Assembly: GCA_964615415.1 (NCBI GenBank)
Contig: CAZTNI010000003.1
Span: 15,235 to 79,234 of the forward strand
Origin: an uncultured Candidatus Saccharibacteria bacterium
GTDB lineage: Bacteria > Patescibacteriota > Minisyncoccia > Phycocordibacterales > SBAW01
Direction: 5' to 3'
DNA: 64,000 nucleotides
The notes below the pieces were generated by a model. The model saw only the letters and a program-made list of their open reading frames with translations. It ran no database searches and had not been told where the DNA came from. How positions within the stretch are numbered: position 1 is the stretch's first letter; every line of letters begins with the position of its first letter. Below, one piece after another: positions 61,501 to 64,000 of the stretch. Both the position numbers and the translations under genes were made by a program.

Positions 61501-63900
61501 ACTGTTATTAACGGCAACGGTACGACATATCTCACCGTTGGTTCTGGTGGCAACACCTACTTTAACGATCTTGGCGGGACCTTTGGCAAGGTGGGCATTG
61601 CCTCAAGTACCCCGTGGGGTCTGTTGTCAGTGAACGGAAACGCTCTCACGTCCGGAGCTCCACAATTTGTTGTCGGCTCTTCAACCAAAACAGACTTCAT
61701 TGTTACCAATGCGGGCAATGTGGGCATCGGCACTACTTCTCCATACGCAAAACTTTCAGTTATTGGTGGTGGCAACAACGGCGTCTACCCATCGTTTGTT
61801 GTTGCAACAACATCAGATTGGTTGAGTAGAGGTACGGGCGGTCAGGCGCCACTCTTCTACGTAACTGCAACCACAACCGGCGACCTCGACTATGCTCGTG
61901 TGGCTATCGGTACTACAACCACGTTGGGTAGTCCGGCTGGTTTGCGCGACCAGTTTACCGTTGCGGGCCGTATTTACTCAACCTGGGGTTACATGTCCTG
62001 CGATGTGCCAGGTGTTGCCACAACCCTTACGGCCGACACGCCAAACGCCTGCGGCGACTTTGCACTCGACGAGTTGACCGACGGCGACCTTATCAACCAA
62101 GCGTCAGTCTACCCACCGCTTGCACGTCTTGCGCCGGGTACTGGTACTGGCCTTGCGGCAAACGAAGGTGCAGTGATTCGTGGCAACAACTCTATGCCAG
62201 CTACGACGAGCCCTGTGATGGAAGTAACGTCGCGCATTGTTGCAGCAAACTCAACCAGTACCCTCTACCTTATCGGCTTTGCAGACGTAAACTTTGGTAC
62301 TGGCACCATCGCTATCCCACAAAACGGTGCATTCTTTGCGGCATCATCAACTGACAGTACGTGGAAGGCTATCGTTCGCTCAAACAATGTTGAAACTCGC
62401 GTCGACACCAACATCGCTACAACATCTACTGCGGGCACGCTCCATCGCTTCCGTATCGAAGTTTCTTCTTCATCTGTTGTCTTTATGATGAATGGCAATA
62501 TTGTTGCAAACATTGCGCCAGCTGCAGCGCCGCGTCGCCCTATGGCACCGATGCTCTTGGTAGGTCGTTTTACCGGCGCAACTGCGGGCACCATTAACAC
62601 CAGTGGTAACGTAAGCAGTCTCGACTTTGGTAGTTTGCGTGTGTGGGTGGACGACCCGCCTGCAACCGCTGCTGCGCCGGACACTATCATTACTGCTGAA
62701 GATATTGCCTATAGTGCAGTTGAAGGTGCAGACATTGCGGAAGCAGAGTTGGTGCATGATGCGGGTCAATATCTCCCAGGTCTTATAGTGACGCACGCAA
62801 CAACGACTGGTGTAGATATGGTGAGCCTCTCGCAGGGTCGCTACGCATCGTCGGTGCTTGGTGTTGTTTCAACCGCACCGCACACAACACTTGGCCAGGA
62901 AACTGCTTCTACGGTGCGTGTTGGTCTTGTGGGTCGCGTGCCAGTTATTGTCTCGCTTGAAAATGGTCCTATTGCAAAGGGTGATGTAATTGCGCCGTCA
63001 TCAATCCCAGGCGTTGGTATGCGCGCAACGCGTCCTGGTTCTACGGTAGGTACTGCGTTTGAGAGCTTTGCAACGTCAACCGAGCAGAGCGAACCTATGT
63101 GCGATCCTGCACTTAGACAGCAGCTTGTAGACGTAGGTATTGCAGTCCCAACAGATGCTTGTCTCTCGACAGTGCTGGTTGCACTGAACCCGGGCACAAA
63201 CATGAGTATCGGCGACGTGTTGCAAGATGCAGGCAACCCAATAACCGACTTTGCAGGTGCGATGCTTGAGCTTGCAAATGCTGCGTACGGCAAGGGAGCA
63301 GAGTTGTTGAAGATGGTTGTAGGAGAGTTGGTAGCAAAGGTTGCGGTTATAGGAGATTTGTTTGCAGACAATATTACCGCAACAGTGATAAATGCTGACA
63401 CTGTTAATACTAAGACACTGTGTCTCGACGGACTCTGTGTCACTAAGGATCAACTCCAGAGTCTTCTCGATGGAGCTGGGGTAGAGAGCGCTCCGCAAAA
63501 TAATCCACCATCACCAGATGCTGGCACAACAACCCCTGACGCAGAGGCCCCGGTAGTAACTGTTAATGGCAACAATCCTGCAACTATCTCTGTTGGTGCG
63601 ACATACAGCGACCTTGGGGTAACGGTCACGGACAACAACGATAGTAATATTGGCTACACGTTGACGCTTAATGGAGGCGCGTCTATGACTCAAGACCAGC
63701 TCGTTATCGATACGTCGGTCGCTGGTGAACATACTATTGTATATACCGCTGCAGACACCGAGGGAAATGTAAGTACGGCAACTCGTATTGTTATCGTTGA
63801 AGCGCCTGCTGCTCCTGAAGCTCCAGAAGCACCTGTAGTAGTTGTAGAAGAAGGAAGTGGTGACGGTTCAGAATCTGCTTCTAGTACTCCACAAGAGTAA
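46525..63900 (+). CDS. Giant (5,791-aa) membrane-anchored multi-domain surface fibre / adhesin-like protein. It has an N-terminal HTH_17-like domain plus a TM anchor, tail-fibre-like Thr/Ser/Gly-rich repeats, a 7-blade LVIVD beta-propeller, two YadA-head (Hep_Hag)-like beta-roll regions, a ConA/LamG-like region and a C-terminal DUF5011/Ig-like domain
   Basis: A single stop-free 17,376-nt ORF. An alternative start at ATG 46567 puts the HTH at the extreme N-terminus. A TM helix AVAALGAVLLLCSVAFAG sits at ~aa 100-120. Repeats recur: LNGPLQANNGVVSATTSVGVLYGGTGLT (at least 9 times) and GNVGIGTTSPYAKLSV (at least 12 times). LVIVD repeats at nt ~53040-53880 (GKYAYVADFASGLRIFDITSPKNPVQVGAY, 7 times). 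Hep_Hag-like NSVAIGSGALA...NNMAIGTNAL... at ~55170-55800 and ~59380-59830. The C-terminal segment PVVTVNGNNPATISVGATYSDLGVTVTDN...TIVYTAADTEGNVSTATRIVIV is DUF5011-like. Confidence 0.85.
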   Translation: MTSPSKIISDSGKPMLPARKVAQRLSCAQDYVGKLCREGKLKGTQVRNAWFVEEDSIAAFEAAREAAREARSKDLAELRRKESAQYRKTHPTLDGIASSWVGRGAVAALGAVLLLCSVAFAGEMNGTLNLFAGKQEQSAAIAQVESPFFGSHAFSVTVPTLPTSNLAKDFISGALSFFFGKKDTSLAEKTPTEAPVVTDEQNGLASPSEENRGPFVQQTPSETPARPVVQNTYPVIERTVERVTTVSGVSEEYLAQRLSELTNSLKSEIFSAINSVSTSYSSGGPTNNIALTQRIDRLDGVTLSNVSVNGISGLTASDIPVLAYLPTAGGIVTGSTTVAADFTVSGALSVTGATSTFAGITIASLDCTAYGNDGKLTTDASGNIVCADDYGAAGGAGSPGGANTYVQFNDSGNFGGDAGFVYNKTLDRLTVVNASTTNFTSDNATSTNLFATLARLTTATISSLTVGSLNGPLQANNGVVSATTSVGVLYGGTGLTTAPSYGQLLLGNASGGYDLVATSSLGITSAQWGNITGTLSDQTDLQNALNAKFSLSAWYATTTDGLAQGVTNKYYNDSLVLTYLDTLSKGYFFSTSSAQYFVHASTTIPKTYTANTFTGSQTFTGGVTVGSLNGPLQANNGVVSATTSVGVLYGGTGLTTAPTYGQVLLGNASGGYDLVATSSLGITGGGDLSNYLSLAAWYATTTDGLAQGSTNRYYSDTLVGTYISGSSTVPHIGGSAYGDLLYWTGTAWSTIATSSLGITSGSLAFSYPFPNAATSTLIAFDGGLTAYASSTIGTGTQAGGLTIRGGATTTGNAYIAGSLNAGATTLTSLTLTNVLTPANGGTGTSTPGVWGDVLTWNGTNWQGTATSSLGLPTLSTLSSYALASQTFGKAWEITNGYLAPTSTLGIIVAASSTIGNGTAAGGLTVNGTATTTLLAITGPGTSTIASNIRMSGDIIPSVDNTYSLGSELYSWKEVFIGPGSLYVNGQQVISTNGSNDVVVSTDPGENLVLQTSGSSNIEFNPTGGQILFKNTVNVTAGKSITTTDLSALSIPNGVAAGNITVSGNAITATNLNGGISITPTGTGGTYVTAGNFGIATTSPLAKLDVYGNMILSGTGRYINFDYTTGSSGYGFRDNSGVLEFKNANGAWAPFASSTGYLALSSWYATTTDGLDEGSTNQYYTNERVDDRVGTLLQAGSGVTLNYNDGSDTLTISATGGGGGGTDVNWTYFNGSGLYPSTSTNQVLVGGTSTSSLQSPLAKLGVIGGASIDYASTTGITSSYASSTAAYFGSLSVGNLTGILQAINGTVSASSSVSVAFGGTGLTTAPTYGQLLMGTAAGGYSLVATSSLGITGTTYTFNYPLTESAGVVSLAFGTTTANTWSAHNSYSSLFATNASTTNATTTNFAVTGLTNTLVKTNALGQLVAAIAGTDYQTFAYPFPSNATTTSIAFNGGLTTTGATIGTLNGPLQANNGVVSATTSVGVLYGGTGLTSIASSSILIGNAQGGFTAVATSTLGFASASSLSNYLSISAWYATTTDGLAQGVTNRYYSDTLVAAYISASSTIPHIGGSAYGDMLYWTGTAWSTLATSTLGLPTFASLASYLALDAWYATTTDGLDEGSNNQYFTQQRATDNFIANLAATTSVASITTLQNLSITSSQVSNFNTSLNSYIHSSTTIPKTYTANTFTGAQTFSGGLSISTLNGPLQANNGVVSATTSVGVLYGGTGLTSTPTYGQLLVGNGTGYTLTSTSSLGLLSSTSIQAVAPLSWNANTGALSIAQATASTDGYLASADFTTFNNKVSSSSLIAFNNTFREWSLVNGVLVPTSTVGVIVSASSTISGGLTVVGNATSTSAAITSITSSLLKTNSLGQLVAAVAGTDYLTSASLEPSFTFATNFGVLTAATSSTIWAQSGLFASSTSRFANIIAANATTTSLYIASLTGPLQAVNGQVSATSTLSVAYGGTGATTLNDLITLGTHTTGNFLATLANGGGLTVSGSGSENAGVTVALDLTNQNNWTGLQRFVNASSSALSGTIASFGGTATSSFGVDGALTLAGGLNGPLQANNGVVSATTSIGVKYGGTGLTTAPSYGNVLVGDGLGGYTLTSTSSLGLGGGGSQWITNAADLYYTTGNVGIGTTSPSGKLTIAGGSIIHTASSSPVIASSTNTASVTYGSYVVGKYAYVADFASGLRIFDITSPKNPVQVGAYTGISGAVSVVVAGKYAFVSDNTVGLNVIDVSSPAAPVRVGQLSTAGRAFTMELSGKYIYYPDILSGLVKVIDISNPESPVVAGTFDTGGEPYGIALSGKYLFVGDQLNAVIDILDISNPVSPLLVQQYSPMGSPTGMYASGRYLYAADATAGLTIFDISDPADITEVGNYGGNFFSVQVAGEYAYVGSSAGVVSVLDIHAPESPKFVGSYSAGANARNIFLSGKYAYVAASANGYRILDINGTQTPSATIGSLEADVAVVNDNLRVGGNILAQGGLDVGISGIFSRGALGVFVASSTQTNAVAATFMGGYVGIGTTTPGRALAIEGASLLGNSATAGYFTATTTTASQFPYASTTAITATTASTTNLYISGVLSSLLKTNASGQVVAAVAGTDYANFAYPFINSATSSLLTFSGGLTVSAGNLTLGSLNGPLQANNGVVSATTSVGVLYGGTGLTSTPTYGQLLLGNGTGYTLTSTSSLGLLSALTRDWNMTNGYLAPTTTVGIIVAASSTIGSGSQTGGLTINGGATTTGNAYFAGNVGIGTSNPSAKLTVETSSANPALVINGTDANDWISWHFQRQGTAKAGFAISNLGTYGGNAFTISTHNGVGWQDSAVFESGAPTGTLYATAAGNLGVGTTAPAYKLDVAGSINVDEYSGYKLGGNTVLYASTTNTSLAVGASAAASWMAASSTVWNSVAIGSGALATAPVNANAINNMAIGTNALRNLTTGTNNVGIGKDTLYTNTSGSENFALGTGALYYNNGDYNVGIGAGVLQNNTTASYNIGIGRLSLQNNTTGANNIGIGGATLNQATSSSNNTAIGHYAGYSISGATGDVGAGNTLIGYQAGTDITTGSYNTILGYFTGSGSSVTTGSNNILIGQDVRAGLTQTGSNQLNIGNLLFGTGLGSGTTGASGNIGIGTSSPYAKLSVAGDIVGTNITATGTLSVAGNTTLANATSSAFAITSIASALLKTDASGNIIPAVAGTDYVAGSSYFSYPFPSNATTTAIAFNGGLSASAFTLGTLNGPLQANNGVVSATTSVGVLYGGTGLTSIASSTLIIGNAQGGFSPIATSSLGLVAFADLTPYALASQTFGKAWEITNGYLAPTSTLGIIVAASSTIGGGTQTTGLTVNGGATTTGNLIVQGSGTSTIATALAIGGDGSGAYQDAMDFVVGSLTGANGMTIRSGTAGVGNIFFSDGVSGSAQYAGMISYSHSFDRFQITTGGSGYSGSNGMYITSNGNTAIGTTTPYSKLTTWGTGSLFEAVTNASTTIFKIGQAGATTTALAISSITSSLLKTDANGNVIPAVAGTDYANFAYPFINSATSSLLTFSGGLTVSAGNLTLGSLNGPLQANNGVVSATTSVGVLYGGTGLTSTPTYGQLLLGNGTGYTLTSTSSLGLLSALTRDWNMTNGYLAPTTTVGIIVAASSTIGSGSQTGGLTINGGATTTGNGYVAGTFGVGTTTPVGTFGVNGTLKVFSSTWATSSISGPFEIMGPDTGDSTLLRLAGTRPWEFKENGSGAGSGLGLYSLNADGSQGNKWFTIFTSRTNLAGQDGTQRFTFNHDSGAMTGGNVSLESWAATSVGLKITATTTQTADLTQWLNESNALVANVTAAGNFGLGTSSPYAKLSVASSTGTLIAADAPSAFSGTLLDLKVASSSVFTVGAAGATTTNLAVTGITSSLLKTNALGQLVAAVANTDYSAFGYLFPANATTTGLGLYASTTIGAGTQTTGLTISGGATTTGNLYIAGNVGVASTTPWARLSVDTSSLAVGVPAFAVGSSTRTDFVVTQAGQVGIGTSTPSASSLLHIVGETTGNNTAVMATIQNYNAQGRATFSAANNQGDTAGFQVTGPSLSGLSLDRSAIVFGTGTRQMVLMPDGNVGATGTSSILFRLGGYNASRDLIAFTYQGYQGIGTTSPFAKLQVASSSANASNFGQLALTDTNAGTNLKHWLVSSLGGSLFIGTTTDTYATSTVAALAINQNGRVTIGNDLTVNGSATTTGNAYFAGNVAIATSSPFGNGWLTIGTSSPRFYVDNTTGSIGIGTTTPTSTLHIVGRLSVGSPSTNSTAERNLFISDSGAAVARGSSTVLIGNNINTNSSDLSTSGTDCSVVVGNSASTPGGNNDYCQVVIGASAKVAISVLSAAEPKNTVIGASALSRDGADNVAIGYTASTRGYNAVAIGSGALASSTGAIAIGMGTLASSTNSLGIGRNADVSGNSSGNIGGTSLTVTQDNTFSYGITSTKHGFGTVSPSAQLHIASTTGWGDMFKITAGNQLLVVSQPGNLGLGTSSPYARLSVASSTGTLIAADAPSGFSGKLLDLKVASSTIFSVGPAGATTTALAIANLTAADCDVKSTTDGSLYCGTDATGSGSAFPFITTSYGVSTSTLVGFTNGILSLASTTIGGGTQTTGLTISGGATTTGNAYFAGNIGVGTISPEVSLHVTALTSSPQTSGTTAAGSLALETTNDNGLYFGSYGTTPFGSWIQASNRADLSISYPIILNPNGGNVGIGTTSPYAKLSVVGSVVADSFAATSTTATSTFAGGLSVGNGSLQYDFSSGVTSIDNLSLGALNFDTDAGILSWIDMPVTSNASQGTVMSYTAQLDGNPLLTVYGESNGSGGIQNTAIGIGTTSPYAKLSVSGAVVAANFVATTTSISSFTYASTTALSADTLCLAGDCRTSWPSGGAGAYPFTVSGNATSTLTQFNAGLTAYASSTIGAGARATGLTIHGGATTTGIAYFAANVGIGTTSPFRPLSISSATDANIEIYNSANARGMKIGLLDGFNAGIDSTGGATVINGNGTTYLTVGSGGNTYFNDLGGTFGKVGIASSTPWGLLSVNGNALTSGAPQFVVGSSTKTDFIVTNAGNVGIGTTSPYAKLSVIGGGNNGVYPSFVVATTSDWLSRGTGGQAPLFYVTATTTGDLDYARVAIGTTTTLGSPAGLRDQFTVAGRIYSTWGYMSCDVPGVATTLTADTPNACGDFALDELTDGDLINQASVYPPLARLAPGTGTGLAANEGAVIRGNNSMPATTSPVMEVTSRIVAANSTSTLYLIGFADVNFGTGTIAIPQNGAFFAASSTDSTWKAIVRSNNVETRVDTNIATTSTAGTLHRFRIEVSSSSVVFMMNGNIVANIAPAAAPRRPMAPMLLVGRFTGATAGTINTSGNVSSLDFGSLRVWVDDPPATAAAPDTIITAEDIAYSAVEGADIAEAELVHDAGQYLPGLIVTHATTTGVDMVSLSQGRYASSVLGVVSTAPHTTLGQETASTVRVGLVGRVPVIVSLENGPIAKGDVIAPSSIPGVGMRATRPGSTVGTAFESFATSTEQSEPMCDPALRQQLVDVGIAVPTDACLSTVLVALNPGTNMSIGDVLQDAGNPITDFAGAMLELANAAYGKGAELLKMVVGELVAKVAVIGDLFADNITATVINADTVNTKTLCLDGLCVTKDQLQSLLDGAGVESAPQNNPPSPDAGTTTPDAEAPVVTVNGNNPATISVGATYSDLGVTVTDNNDSNIGYTLTLNGGASMTQDQLVIDTSVAGEHTIVYTAADTEGNVSTATRIVIVEAPAAPEAPEAPVVVVEEGSGDGSESASSTPQE
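54296..54695 (+). repeat. 400-bp perfect direct repeat, copy 1 (inside the giant gene)
   Basis: Nucleotide-identical to 57041-57440 by manual line-by-line comparison. Confidence 0.8.
57041..57440 (+). repeat. 400-bp perfect direct repeat, copy 2 (inside the giant gene)
   Basis: Identical to 54296-54695. The two copies are separated by 2,745 bp, in the same reading frame. Confidence 0.8.
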
Positions 63901-63930
63901 AAGGTGTATACTGCTCGCATACTGCATAGT

Positions 63931-64000
63931 ATGAAGCTGAACAAGACAGTGGTTGTAGGCGGAGTTGCCTTCTTGGTGGGGGCAGGGCTCGGAGTGTCTA
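63931..64000 (+). CDS. 5' fragment of a downstream gene encoding a protein with an N-terminal signal/TM segment (MKLNKTVVVGGVAFLVGAGLGV...)
   Basis: ATG at 63931, 30 nt after the giant-gene stop. The ORF continues beyond the window end. Confidence 0.3.
   Translation, partial: MKLNKTVVVGGVAFLVGAGLGVS

Noticed and set aside
47400-61800. Regularly spaced repeats considered as a possible CRISPR array or satellite
   Set aside because: The repeats are in frame, 100-400 bp long and of variable spacing, and they encode conserved peptide modules. There are no short uniform direct repeats with unique spacers and no cas genes.
46614-63944. Dozens of 60-240-aa ORFs on the minus strand and in off-frames inside the giant gene (for example 46950-47675, 60393-60875, 62841-63443)
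   Set aside because: They are antisense or alternate-frame shadows of a low-complexity, codon-biased repeat-rich gene. They have no start or RBS context, and the sense frame is continuous for 17.4 kb.

Overview
This ~50% GC bacterial window has three parts. Taxon is uncertain; compact ATGA-coupled operons and a giant surface protein are compatible with, but do not prove, a Patescibacteria/CPR-like or Gram-positive-like organism. (1) About 1-34.4 kb is a dense cell-surface glycan biosynthesis island. It holds at least 14 glycosyltransferases of families GT2, GT4, GT11-like, GT-C and STELLO-like. It encodes a complete GDP-L-fucose pathway (gmd, fcl, gmm) plus a GDP-mannose 3,5-epimerase-like enzyme. 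It also holds two nucleotide-sugar dehydrogenases, a third dehydrogenase domain fused to a GT4, an AsnB-type amidotransferase and a DegT aminotransferase. It further carries a GtrA / GT-C / Dpm1-like GT2 trio, a Wzm/Wzt ABC exporter and an O-antigen-ligase-like protein with TPR repeats. (2) About 34.4-45.1 kb is mostly housekeeping (murB, secA, obg, gatB, ccdA, a ClpP-like peptidase, a KGG stress protein). Small membrane-protein genes sit there with clear intrinsic terminators. A candidate ~70-nt sRNA has a near-consensus sigma70 promoter, and a 20-aa poly-lysine micro-ORF lies just upstream of secA. (3) 45.2-63.9 kb holds a two-gene module. The first gene encodes a 273-aa protein with an N-terminal excisionase-type HTH_17-like domain and a C-terminal TM anchor. 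The second is a single uninterrupted 17,376-nt ORF encoding a 5,791-aa protein with the same HTH_17-like N-terminus and a TM anchor. Its huge Thr/Ser/Gly-rich extracellular region contains dozens of tail-fibre-like repeats, a 7-blade LVIVD beta-propeller, two YadA-head (Hep_Hag)-like beta-roll segments, a ConA/LamG-like jelly-roll region and a C-terminal DUF5011/Ig-like domain. A 400-bp perfect direct repeat lies inside this gene. The giant membrane-tethered HTH surface fibre, probably glycosylated by the adjacent island, is the most unusual system in the window.
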